Part shown: positions 40,654 through 53,137 of the stretch, in pieces
Layout of the letters: each line of letters begins with the position of its first letter
How positions within the stretch are numbered: the first letter of the stretch is position 1
Assembly (NCBI GenBank): GCA_004022145.1
Contig: RCNU01000016.1
DNA: 64,000 nucleotides
Direction: 5' to 3' (one strand)
DNA from: Paecilomyces variotii
Lineage: Eukaryota
The notes under the pieces: model-generated
Seen by the model: the letters and a program-made list of their open reading frames with translations, nothing else
Told to the model about the DNA's origin: nothing
The model's database searches: none
Translations under genes and position numbers: made by a program

Positions 40654-43600
40654 ATGGCCTTCAAGAACGGCCTCAGCGAGCGACTCGACGAGCTACGCTT
40701 CACCTCACCGCGCTCTCCTCAGTCCGAATCCCCTTTCTCGGGTTATGGCTCTCTTTCGCCGGGTCAATCGAGCTTCATGGCGTTCCAACGACCTTCTCAA
40801 GATGTGCGCGCCAACCTCCAACGCCGTTTCACCACCGACGCGAGCAAGCTCTCTTCGTGGAGTTATTTCAATCAGCAGCAGCAACCTCAGTTGCCGGAGT
40901 CCATAGACCTGCTCTCCTCGGTAAGCTTGTCATCTCTACAATTGCTTCCCTTGCACCGGGTGTGTTTATTGCGCTTGAGGGGAATCTCTGTCCTGCGGGA
41001 TGTTGACCACATTCACCGGTGACTGTTGCTCGATTACCCCTCCTCACCCGATAGGCATTCATTCACTGTCAACCATTTCACTGACACTTGCAAATTGGTA
41101 GACTACTCAGCTTCATAAATCCCAGCTCGTGAGACCTCCAGCTTCCTCCTTCACCTCACCCCTCACCCCCAATTCATCTCTCAGTTCTCTCGATTCTCAC
41201 CCTCGTACACTGCCTAACATCAGATCCAGTTCGAAAAGAAGCGCCAGCATATCGAGTATATGCGAGAGCAAAAGAAACGCTTCGAAGCGGACATGAAGCT
41301 CCTTGATCTCCAGCACGAGAGGGAGAAACAGGAAATGGACCAGCTGGCACGCGACCTGGCTCAGGCAGGGCTCTCTGGCCCTGTCAGTGAACCTACCACT
41401 CCGCCTGAGTATCGTGACAGCGGATTTCCCACTGTATTTTCTCGTCCTACTCGATTCTCTACCTCGAGCGTCACGTCCTCCCCGGGGATCTTCAATGTCT
41501 TCGCCCCGTCTCAGGTAACCTCTCCTCAATCTAACCAGGCTAGGTCCAGCGCTGCCCAGACTCCCAACAACCGTTTCTCTGTACAGTCTGTGCCGGGCTC
41601 CCGTAGAAACTCGGAAGAGGAGAGCTACTTTAGCGAGACTCTTTCACCATATCGCAATTCGTCATCGTAAGTTCTAACCTTCATTGTCTTGTGGATAATG
41701 GCAACATTCCCCCACCAGTTGGGATTGTATAGTTTTTGTTCTATTGTCCCCCCTCTGATACTTTTCGCCTGGTCTCGTCCATTTCGTCTCATCTTTTGTC
41801 TCGTCTTTTGTCTCGTCTTTTGTCTCGTCTTCTCACCCACGTGCTCACCACTTTTGTCTGATGGCTACCCATACCATACCCCCACATTATTATCACAGCA
41901 CTATGGCTTTACTAGCTTGGGATTTTCACTGACAAAGGCGGATAGAGTGAACAACCGTTATTCGATGCCTGTTACCGGCTTGTCATCTCAGCTCCGCTCG
42001 AGCCTGGCGGGCTTTGGCAACAACAATAACGGTAACGGCATTGATTCCTTCAGTGCGGCCAAGTATCTCTTCCACAATGAAGATGATAGAGCGACCCTGA
42101 AGGACGAAGACAGGCTCCCGACTCCTGACATCAAGAGCTATCTCAAAATGACCGATCCAGATGACAAGTTCCCTACTTTGTCTCGTCGTGAGGACAACTC
42201 GGGACTGGTAAGTCTGTTTTAGGCTATGGCGGGAACACTGAATGCTAACGCTTTGAGCAGCTCTCTGCCAACTCTGATGCGCTGGACTTGGCCAATTCCC
42301 GTACTCCAGGACCACAGGACAACTGGAGCTCGCACAACCGTCATCGCTCTTCTCACCAGAGTATGCCCCAGGGTGCGCTGAACATGTACCGTCTCGATCA
42401 GCTCAGCAGCCCTCAGAGTGAAAAGCCGATCAACGTGGCTAATCCTTCTCGCCACCTAGCTCGTCACTCTCTCGAAGTCAATCTGCTCTATGGCGGTGAA
42501 AATGGCCATGAAGCGCTGGCTCCCAATAACTCTAGCCGTCCGACGTCCCTGCAGTCGTCCTATTCGACCAACGATCTCCCGACTGTCAAGGGCAATGGCT
42601 TTAATGCCGCCATTACACCCCCAAAGACCCACGCTGAACAGTTCCACCACCACAATGCCAGCTTGGGTCGCATTCCCGGTAACATGGTCGGTAATCGGCA
42701 GAATCGTGAGTCGCCAGAGCGTGATGAGATGAAGCTCCACACCACGCAGGGCCAGCACTCCGCTCTTCAAGCAAGCGCTGCGCCATTCGGACCTCAGTTG
42801 ACTTCTCCTACGTCTCCTACGAGCATCGCCGGCTCCGTCACTCCAACCCCGCTTACGGCGTTTCAGACTCCATTCTATGGTTATGGTATGCCAGCCTACG
42901 CCGGTGCGAACCCCATGCAGGCCAACGGCCAAGTGCAGAACTATACGGCACCGGGTTCGTATGCCGCTTACCCATACGGGAACTATCGGTTCCCTGAGAA
43001 TTCCGCGCGGGGCTTGAACTCTCGTCGCAATGGGGAGGGAGATGCTCCTCAGCTGTCTCGTTTCAGTAATGTTCCCCTCGAACATTACCGCGGCGAGCTC
43101 TACGGACTGTGCAAGGACCAGCACGGATGCCGTTATCTCCAGAGGAAGCTTGAGGATCGCAACCCCGAGCATGTCCAAATGATATTTGACGAGACCCACA
43201 TGCATGTGGTTGAGCTGATGACCGGTATGCAGTGGGCAATTTTCTCTCCCAAATGTTATATGACGCTAACTATCAGCTTCTAGATCCCTTTGGTAATTAT
43301 CTCTGCCAGAAGCTACTTGAATATTCCAACGATGAGCAGCGTACTGCTTTGATTAACAACGCGGCGCCGCAGCTTGTGAAGATCGCACTCAACCAGCATG
43401 GAACCCGTGCTCTCCAGAAGATGATCGAGTTCATCTCTACTCCTGAGCAGACGCAGACCGTGATTCGCGCTCTTCGGGACCGCGTGGTGGATCTCGTGCA
43501 AGATCTGAATGGCAACCATGTTATTCAGAAGTGCCTCAACCGTCTCTCCGCTGAGGATGCCCAGTTCATTTACGAGGCGGTTGGTGGTAACTGCATCGTC

Positions 43601-44440
43601 GTCGGAACTCATCGCCATGGATGCTGTGTCCTCCAACGCTGCATCGACCACGCCTCTGGCGAACAGCGTGCCCGCCTCATTGCGCAGATCACCGGCAATG
43701 CCTTTCACCTCGTCCAGGACCCCTTCGGTAACTACGTTGTTCAGTACATTCTTGATCTTGCTGAGCCCCATTTCACGGAGCCCTTGTGCCAGAGCTTCCG
43801 TGGCAATGTTCCCGCCTTGTCGAAGCAAAAGTTCAGTTCGAACGTGATTGAGAAGTGTCTTCGCACTGCAGATTACCAGATGCGCCGCCAGATGATCGAT
43901 GAGATGTTGGCCCCCAGCGAGCTGGAGAAGATGCTCCGGGACTCATTTGCTAACTACGTGGTCCAAACTGCGATGGACTTCGCTGACCCTGAAACCCGTG
44001 CTCGCATGGTCGACGCCATCCGTCCGATTCTTCCGTCTATTCGCCAGACCCCTCATGGTCGCCGTATTGCTGGAAAAATGATGGGATCCGAGGGTTCTGG
44101 CAGGACCAGCGGCGCTACGAGCAGCACTGCAAGCGGACAGGTCACTCCTAACGAGATGACTTCTGGTCAGCTCCCAGCGACATTGCAGATTCCTCAGAAA
44201 CCTTTCTTGTACCAACACAACTCTTTCCCCGCCTCCAACGTCGGTCCTCAGTTCGGAAACCAAGGCATGGGGTTTAGTGACGCCGGAAACTCTGCCTTTG
44301 TCCCTGGTTCTGCATCCGGGTCCGCCTCCAACACCCCGTCTGGCGGTGCTAGCGAGACGCACACCCCCATATTCAGCCCTACGCCCCAGCATCCTAACGG
44401 CAGCCTTGGTGCTCAGGGTCAAGTGTACGGATACATCTAG
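40654..44440 (+). CDS. Pumilio-family RNA-binding protein (Puf4/Mpt5-like)
   Basis: Exons ~40654-40920, 41102-41128, 41230-41667, 41946-42207, 42261-43223, 43284-44440. PUF repeats CKDQHGCRYLQ, DPFGNYLCQK, NQHGTRALQK, DLNGNHVIQK, HRHGCCVLQR, DPFGNYVVQY, QKFSSNVIEK, DSFANYVVQT. Confidence 0.94.
41794..41830. repeat. Intronic 12-bp tandem repeat (TTTTGTCTCGTC)x3
   Basis: Read directly inside intron 41668-41945 of the Pumilio gene. Confidence 0.85.
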
Positions 44441-45385
44441 AGTTTTCTTTTGTTGTTTCCGATTCATGAGACCTTGTTACAGGATTGTACTCATACTTGA
44501 GACGATGCAACGATATTCATGACTTTTTACGGCCCTCGACTGACTGTCAGCGAGATTCTCGGGAACCGAATGTGACAACATACCAAGACCGCCATATTTC
44601 TGCTTTCCCTTCGCATCATTTCTGAATCTGCCTGGCAACGCATTTGCAGTACTGGCGTCTTGATTTATCCTTTTGTACACCAATTTTGGATGCTACTGCA
44701 TGCACCAACATCATAACGACGAAATCTTACCATATGTGTTTATGATCGAAGCTATGTCTCACTTCACTTATGGCAAGCAGCATCTGGCCTCTTGGTTTCC
44801 TTTTCATGATTGTGCTTTTATTTTTACACCCTTTTTTTCTTTTCTTTTTCTCTTCTGTGGCAAATCGCCCTATGATCATCTATGCAGAGAGAGCAGCTTT
44901 GCGTCAGAAAACAAACTGCACTATCATCCCCTCCTCATTTTGCCCCTGGTTTACCAGACGATTGATCATTTTGACGCAGAAGCAAGCATGACAGTATATT
45001 ACAGTGTGCTGGTCTCAGAGCTGGCGATCCCACTTCTTGTGTCTTCTTTGATTCAGAACGGGACATTGGTTTGCACATGCAACTGATTAGCTCCTGGGTT
45101 TGGTATTTGAAGATTTATGGCTTCATGTCACTGGATCTCTTTGGAAACCATTTTGTCTTTATATTGGCATTAGGCAGAATAGATGTATCCATACTTTGAA
45201 CCGCATTGGTCTTGTAGTGATCTTACTGTCCTACATCAATCCATTGGCTTTACTCAGCTATTCTAGTTTGTAGACATAATTCTGGGAAACCTTCTTCTTT
45301 GCCATGTAAACGCATCTATGATATGCTACCATAAAGATGCACATGAATAGCTGAATAAGTTGAGATTGCTCATCTCGGATAATTA

Positions 45386-45432
45386 CTGTATTTAATTATC
45401 TGCCGACCGTTTCTACCTGCCGACTGTTTTTT
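45386..45432. repeat. Left terminal inverted repeat of the DNA transposon
   Basis: Pairs with ~54999-55045, with five mismatches, four of them transitions. Confidence 0.9.
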
Positions 45433-46033
45433 ACTATAGAACGCTGAATTATTAAATCTACTAGATTTCAATAATAATATGTTTAAATTAATTAATATTT
45501 AGAGGGTTTAATCTAGGCGAATAGTAGATTATATTAGACTAGTTTTTAGGATCTCTAAATTGCTTAGGGAGTTATATCTGCTGTCCTTAACTAATTATTA
45601 TTAAGGGGATTATTTTAGCTTTAACTACCTATTTAATAGTATTTTCTTCTAATATCTGTTATTTTATAGGTTTAAATCTCTTCCTTAGGCTTTAATTAGC
45701 CTATTTTAATTCTTTTTAAAGCTAAATAGCTGCCTATTTTATTACTTTTTCTTCTTTTTTAAAGTATTATTTTTCCTCCTATACTTATAGATAAGGCTAA
45801 ATAGTCTATTTCTTAAATTTTATGCTTTTTTTAAGTAATATATTATTTTTTTTCTTACTGCTACTATTGCTAAAATTAAAGCTTTTATTTTTAGTATTAT
45901 AATTATTATTTAGCTTTCTCCTTATTTATTAGAATCTATTATACCTCTTAAACTTTAATTAGACTAAAAAAAATAGTATTATTATCTTTTAATTAGTAGG
46001 AAAAAAGCTATAAAGTCTTAGTAAGCTATTACT

Positions 46034-46465
46034 TATAAGGAACGGGGGTTCCTAGAAGTTACTGATAAATTACTCCGCCAGCGATTATAGCGAGAGGGGT
46101 AATAGCTTTATATATCTAGCTCGGAGAAGGGTCTATTAGTAAGATAAAGGGTTAACTATTATAATAAAGGGTCTAATTAGTATAGAGAAGAGTCTATGCT
46201 AGAAGGTCCTAATAGTAAAGAATCTATATAAATAAAGAAATAGTAGGGTATATATTATATTAGAATAAATTACTAGCTTCTAATAAGATAGCAATCTAGA
46301 GCCTATTTATATTCTAAATCTTAAGCACTTCTTAGCTTTATCTTATATAAATTCTAAAAGTGGGAAGAGTAGAATTTAACTAATTACCTTAGTATTATAT
46401 TTAAATTTAGAGCTTTACTATAGTCCTATAAGCTTATGCCCTAGCAAGAAGCTAAGGGCATAATA
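46034..46465 (-). repeat. 3' LTR (432 bp)
   Basis: Same length as 53138-53569 and colinear with it; differences seen are C/T and G/A transitions. Confidence 0.95.
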
Positions 46466-46466
46466 A

Positions 46467-46482
46467 TATTCTCTCTCTTTTT
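46467..46482 (-). other. Polypurine tract (plus-strand primer) of the retrotransposon
   Basis: Minus strand reads aaaaagagagagaata immediately before the 3' LTR. Confidence 0.75.
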
Positions 46483-46880
46483 AAAGGCTTATCTTTAAGC
46501 TATTATAAAGTTATTATATTAAATATAGAATATAGCTTTATAGAGGTTTATAATATAATAAATAAAAGAACTTCTTGCTATCTTTATAATAAAAGGTTAA
46601 GAAATTATATAAATTAGAAGTGTTATTTATATAATATTATAAGGTTAGAATTTTAACCTCTAGTAACTATCTTCCTACTTCCTGCTATATATAGCTCCTA
46701 GTCTTAAATATGTTTAAATAAAGATCTAGACGTATTTTTAAGGTTATAATAATACTAATAGTATAGCAGTTTATTAAACTTAAAAAATTAATTATTTTTT
46801 TATTAGTTTTTAAAGCTTCCTGCTTTAAGGGTAAGTTATCTTAATTAACTATATTAATATAAGCTAATTTAATTTAGATA

Positions 46881-48132
46881 ATACCGCCCTGAATTTATTT
46901 TATATCTAAGTAATATAAGAAGACTTCTTAAGTAAGTATTCTAGTATAAGATTTTATATATTATATGCTAATTTCTATAGTATTAATAGTTTAAGAATAT
47001 TATCTCCCCCTCTAGGGAGCTATCTCCTCCTCCTGCCTCTAAGATAGAGAATATAACTGCTGCTATTATAATATAGCTAAATCTAATTACTACTATAATA
47101 TTAGAAAATAATCCTCTAACTATTATTAAGATATTAGGGACTTTAGCCGCTATTATAATACTAGAGAGATTACCTCCTTAGATAAATATTACCCCTTTTA
47201 TAGCTATTAATAGATCGGTATCTCTATTTACTTTAAATCCTGTAGAGGATCTATTAGTTAAAATAAATATTACGCTAGAATTAAGGTATAAAAGATTTAT
47301 ACCTCTACTAGATTAGCCTTTTTCTATAGTTTTAGCTATTATATAAATAAGTTTATTTAACTTAATAATAGCGCCAAAAAGCCTGCTAAAAAGAAAGAGG
47401 ACTTATCTTATTATTAAATTAGCTATTATAGCTAAGCTAAGGGTAACTTCTGCTTATACTATAAAAAGGCCTTAGAGATAAAGTATAGGGCATAAAAAGG
47501 TTATTAATATAAAAACCTAGACTAAATTAGCTATTATTAAAATACTAATTAAGACTACTATTATTGCTATTACTAATATAATAGTAGAGAATAGCTTTAT
47601 TATCTTTTAGCTAGGTAAGGAGTTTCTTCTAATATTTTAAAAGATATGCCTTTATTATTTAAAGGGGCTAATTAAGAATCTAGCACTTTAGTATACCTAT
47701 ACTAATACTAATATTAAGTGCAACTATTATAATTATAAGTATAAGCCCTATATTTTAATCTTACTAGTTTATAAGGATAAGCTTATTTATCTACAGAGCC
47801 TTAGCTAAGAGGCCTATCTCTTAGATAATTATAAGTCCTTTAAGAAGGCCTATAATAAATATAAATCCTTTATAGAGGTATACCTGTATAAAATACCTAC
47901 TAAGGTAAATATAAATAAGCTTATATTTACTATCTTATTAACCCTATCTTTATATAAGCAGTTTATAATATAGCTCCAGTAAAAGTTACTTAGATTACTC
48001 TATTTAATAGTATTAAATCTGCAGCGCGTATAAGAAATTATATATATTACTTATAATATTCCTTCTTTCTCTAATAAGGAGGAGAATAAATCTATACTAA
48101 TAGGGTTCTATAATAGTAAAATAGATAAGTAG
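46881..48132 (+). pseudogene. RIP-mutated two-exon antisense accessory gene inside the retrotransposon (about 400 codons, reconstructed C6 zinc-cluster-like motif)
   Basis: Exon 1 46881-46931 (ATA CCG CCC TGA.., de-RIP MPPR..), intron 46932-46980 (GTAAGT..GCTAAT..TAG), exon 2 46981-48132 read in a single frame. All stops are TAA/TAG/TGA, which RIP can derive from CAA/CAG/CGA/TGG. Surviving text includes IISPSRELSPPPAS, APKSLLKRKR and an acidic-looking tail. Confidence 0.7.
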
Positions 48133-48314
48133 AGAGAATTAATCTTAGGCCTATATTTTTAGTTCTTATTAGGGGTAGCTTAATTAAAATAAATTTATTT
48201 CTAGATAGACTAGCTTCTTATATTTTTATTAAAACTCTTAAACCTCTATAGATAGGTAAATAGAAAAAAAGTAATATAAATTTAACAATAAAATAGTTAA
48301 GTAAAATTTATAAA

Positions 48315-51300
48315 CTTAGTAGGAAAAAAGAGAAATTTTACTAGTTTTATTAACTCCTTTTTCTAGAGCTTTTTAGAGCCCTTCTTAAAGAGGTCTTATT
48401 AACAGCTTATATTATTACCTTAAATTTAGCTAATATATCTTAGATATATTTAAGGTCTTCCTTAAGCTGCTATAAATTTTTATAATCTAAATAGCCCTTT
48501 TATTTAATTAAATATTGCTTTTTTTCTTATATTATCTATTTATTTAAAATAGCTTTAATCTCCTATTCTAGTTTATTATCTACTAAGATTAGGTCTAGAT
48601 ACTTAAGTTTAGCCCTTAGTCTCTAATAATAGGGCTCTAATAGGGAGATATAAAAAATTAAGTATATTTTACCTAGGCTCTTTGGGAGCTTAAGCTAATA
48701 GCCTATAGGCTTAAGTTCTAATTCTCTCTATAACTTTATAAGGTCCTGAGTATTTTATATCTAATTTCTTAATTAATTAATCTGTCTTTAAATTCTTTAT
48801 TAAAAGGCAGACTTAGTCTCCTACTATATAAGATCTAGGCTTATACTTCTTATTATAATACTTCTATTGCGTAATAATAGCCTTTTAGAGGAATTCTTCT
48901 AATTAAATATATATTTTAGCAAGTTTCTTTAATTAATTATTAACTGCTAGTATATTTATTCGCTTCCTAGAGTTATAATTATCTTAACTTCTAGGGTTAA
49001 ATCTATAAATAATACAGAAGGGAGTTATACCTATAAAGGCATAGATTAAATTATTATATGTAAACTCTGCTATAGTTAATAAAGATACTTAATTATCTTG
49101 CTTATAGTTTAAATAGACTTAGAGATAATACTCTAGCATCTAATTCTGCCTTTTAGTCTAGCTATTAGTCTGGGGATAAAATATAGTGCTTAAAAGTCTA
49201 ATAATTTAAATATAGCAGTAAAGTTCTATCTAGTATTTATTAGTAAATAGCGCCCCTCTATTTAATATAATTAACTATAGAGGTTTAAAGCAGTTATAAA
49301 TATAATCTATAACAAGGTTAGCTATTTTATTTACCTTTAATATTTTATAAGTAGGGATATAGAGCACTATCTTTAAATAGCAGTCTATAATTATTAATAT
49401 TAAATTATAGATAATTCCTTATTTCTCTAATAGCAGCAGTCTTACTATAAAATTTATTAAGATATTCTATTATAGCTGCGCTAAGATTAGCAGAGACTTT
49501 AGCTCTTTATATAGCTTATACTATAGAATTTAGTTTTTCTAGCAAATATTATATATAGATATATACTCTTATATATCCTATACTATCTTAAGCTAATTAA
49601 ATCTTCTTTAAAGCAGCTCTTTAGTTTTCTTAATACCTTAATACTCTATATAAAGGTTATTATAATATATTTAAAGGAGCTCTTACTTTATAGTGGGTAT
49701 ATCTAATATAAATATAGTACTACTCTTCTATAGTAGTCCTTTATTGTCTATTCTCTATACTATCTCTAAGCTATCTCTAGGAATATACGCTTTTAGTTCC
49801 CTAGTTTTCTTTAAGATAAAGGTATTCCTTACTTAAAGCTGCTTTAATATAAAGAGCAGGCTAGAAATTATAGTATCTTAAATAGACTCTTCCCTAATTA
49901 TTTTAATAACTAGTATTCTTTATACTAGATATTCTAGACTACCTATACTACCCGCTTTAATAAGTTTATGCTCTAGACTGCTTTCTTATATATACTTATC
50001 TTAAGCTTTATATAAGAGCTTTTTTTAAAGACTATAAAGAGTTAGAAGTAATTCTATCTAGGATTTAAATTTAGATAGTTTAAAATCTACCCTCTTAAAT
50101 AGGGTATCTGTAGCATTAAGTTATCTTAGCTTATATTTAATTTAAAAGTTATATGCTGCTAATAATTCTGCCTATTAAGCTTATCTATTATTTAATATCT
50201 TTACAGTAAAGAAATAGCATAAGTTTATATAATTACTTTATACCTATATAGGGTATTTACTACCTTCTAGATAATAATACTAATATTTAAAAGTATTAAC
50301 AATAGCTAGAAGTTCTTAGTTATAGATCTTATAGCATGCCTCTATTTTAATAAACTTCTAAGCATAATATACTACAGGGTGCTAGTTCTTAGATACAGTT
50401 TATTAATCTATTTAAATTCTAATTTATAGACCTATCTCTAACCTAGTACTTAGAGCTATCTTATTACTGTCTCCCTGAAGGAGTATAGCGGTAAGAGCAA
50501 ATCTTAAGATATTAGTTGCTAGTATTATTAGCTTCTCTAAATTAAAATGCCTTAATACTAGCAGAGTTATAAAAGCTAATTTTAGCTTATTAAATACCTT
50601 TGCAGCTTCTCTAATCTAGGTAAATATCTTAATTTTCTTCCCCTAGATGCTTTTTTTTAGCAGATTAATTAGAGGAGCTGTCTTTATAAAGTAATTATAG
50701 ATAAATCTTCTAAAGAAACTAGTAAATCTTAGGAAGACTTAAACTTTCTTAAAGAATTTAAGCTCTAGCTAATCTCTAATAGTTTTTATTCTACTAGGAT
50801 CTATTTCTATTCTATCTTTTCCTATAAAAAAATTAAGGAATTTAACTCTTTCCTTATATAATTTATATTTAGATAACTTTATATATAATTTATACTCTTA
50901 TAGCCTCTCTAGGACCTGCACTATATATCTCTTATACTCCTTAATAGAGTTAGAGAAGATTAAGATATTATTTAAATATATAATATAATAAATATCTAAT
51001 AATCCCTATAATACCTAATTAATATAGGCTTAAAAAATAGCAGGCGCATTATACAGGCTAAATAGTATTATTAAGTATTTAAAGTATCTATAATAGGTTT
51101 AGAAGGCTATCTTCTATTTATCTCCTTAGCAGATTTAAATCTAATAATAGGCGTCCCTAAGATTAAGCTTAGTAAAGATCTTAGAGCTAATTAATTAGTT
51201 AAGCATTTTATCTATTCTAGGTAAAGGATATCTGTTTTTTATAGTAATGCTATTTAAAGCTCTATAGTTAATACAGAGCCTTAATATATTATCTGCCTTT

Positions 51301-53100
51301 AGAATAAATAGAATAGGTGCCTCTATAAGACTAGTTAATAATTATATCTAATTCTTCTATTATATATCTTTAAGATATTTATATAGAATATCTAATTTTT
51401 TAGCAGAGAGGTTATAAAGTCTACTTTATAGAGGCGCCTTACTATTTAAAAGTTTAATCTTATATTTATTTATCTTAGCAGGCAATATACTTATACCCTT
51501 CTTTAAGAAGACTTTAATATACTTCTTATATTCTAGAGGTAGGTTTTTAAAAGTAATAGGGTTAATTTAGTCCCTATAGAATATATAGATTATCTCTTTT
51601 CTTACTATCTTAGAGAATTATTAAGCACTTTTAATCTTTACCTATAGCTAATATAGAATATAATATCTTTAAGTTATTAACTCTTAATTTATAATAGGAT
51701 TTATAGCATATAGCTATAGTTTCTTAAGAATAATACTTAATCTAGGTATTAGGATAATATAAAAGCATACTTTTACTTTTTCTATTATTTCTTTAGAGTT
51801 AGTAATATAGATCTCTGCTTCGAATAATCTATACTTCTAAATTTTATACCTATTAATAGATTTAAAGTTTATATACTATTAGAAGTTTAAAGGAATTCTA
51901 TAATATATAGCTATATCTAGGCTAATATAGCAGCGGGCTAATCTAGAATTAATAAAAACCTTATCTTTAAATATATTATTAAGAAGGTGCAGTTATACTA
52001 AGATATATAAAGATTCTTTCTCTAGCTTAAACTCTTTATTATAAAAGGCTATAATAGTCTTAGGTTTTCCTTTCTTAAAGAGGTCTTTTTTTTTTAGGCA
52101 TAATTTAAATCTCTATATATAGCCTGTTTTATTATAGTTAAAGCAATAATCTTCTTTTTTAAGCCGATCTTATTCTATTAGTAATCTGAACTTCTTTTTT
52201 TTTAGGGTTTAGTTAGCTCTGCGCGCTAGTTATTAGTCTCCTTCTTCTTTTGCCCTAGGGGGGAGTCCTTTAATATATTCTATATTAATCTACTCGCGTT
52301 TAGCGGAGTAAGTTAATTTATAGTCTTATTCTTCTTTTAGTTTATCTCCTAATTAGTAGCTAAAGATACTAATTAGTTAAGGTTTATTAGGAGATCTTAA
52401 TAATTTAATAACTTTATTTAAATCTTAAGTTATAATTTTATATAGAAGATATAAGACTAGATAATTCTATTATTATTAAACCCTTTACCCTAATTTAACT
52501 TTACTTAAGCCTGCTTAAAATAGTGTAAAAAGGCTTAAGCGGTTTAATTAAAATATTAGATTAAGGTATAAAAACAGTTTATTACATTTTATTCTTAGTA
52601 ATATAGATTATTAAGCAAATCTAGTAACTAACCCTTAAATCCTTCTTAGGTTAATATCTAGAAGTTAGGATCCTCTTGCTAGTAAATCTAAGACTAAGCT
52701 AATTCTCTATCTAGCAACACTGCAGTATAGGTAACTTTCTTAGCTTTATCTTTAAATAACAAAGTATTATAAGCTAAGTATTTATCTATATACTAGCATT
52801 ACTAGTAATAGGCATTAAGTATAGTAGCTTTATACCTCTATAATTCTAGTAGCTTAAGCCTTAGCTGCTTATTAGTATAACTAGCAGTAAGGAGCTATAG
52901 GAGGTCTCTCTTTATTAATAATTTATTTTCTATTTGAGCTCGCTTTATCCCTAAGCCTATTAGAGTATCTTCTAGGGTTTATAAGCTAGCTTTAGCAATC
53001 GGTTACTGCAAGCTAGGTTTAGCGCTCTCCGAATCCTTTAAAATATATATTATAGGCTAAGTGCTAAGACCTTTATCCCCTAAATTATAGAATATATTAA
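48315..53100 (-). pseudogene. RIP-mutated gag-pol (zinc knuckle, protease, RT, RNase H region, integrase, chromodomain)
   Basis: Minus-strand relics: CFNYNKTGYI (CFNCNKTGH, ~52145), VFINSR (FIDSG protease, ~51950), YFKYLIILFSLYNAPAIF*AYIN (HFEYLVMPFGLCNAPATFQ, ~51060), IIYLNNILIFS (YLDD, ~50970), STIFYPQTNS*TKRQN*MLEYYL (integrase, ~49160), KQYLIK*KGY..NL*Q (chromodomain, ~48500). Ends approximate. Confidence 0.92.
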
Positions 53101-53137
53101 TACTGCTACTTATATTGCTAGGTTAAGCAATTTAAAT

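Noticed and set aside
44486-44495. UGUACUCAUA PUF-like element in the Pumilio gene's own 3' UTR (autoregulation)
   Set aside because: A single short degenerate match is expected by chance; needs conservation or CLIP data.
53115-53137. Primer-binding site or self-priming signal next to the 5' LTR
   Set aside because: Too RIP-altered to match a tRNA 3' end or an LTR-complementary segment with confidence.
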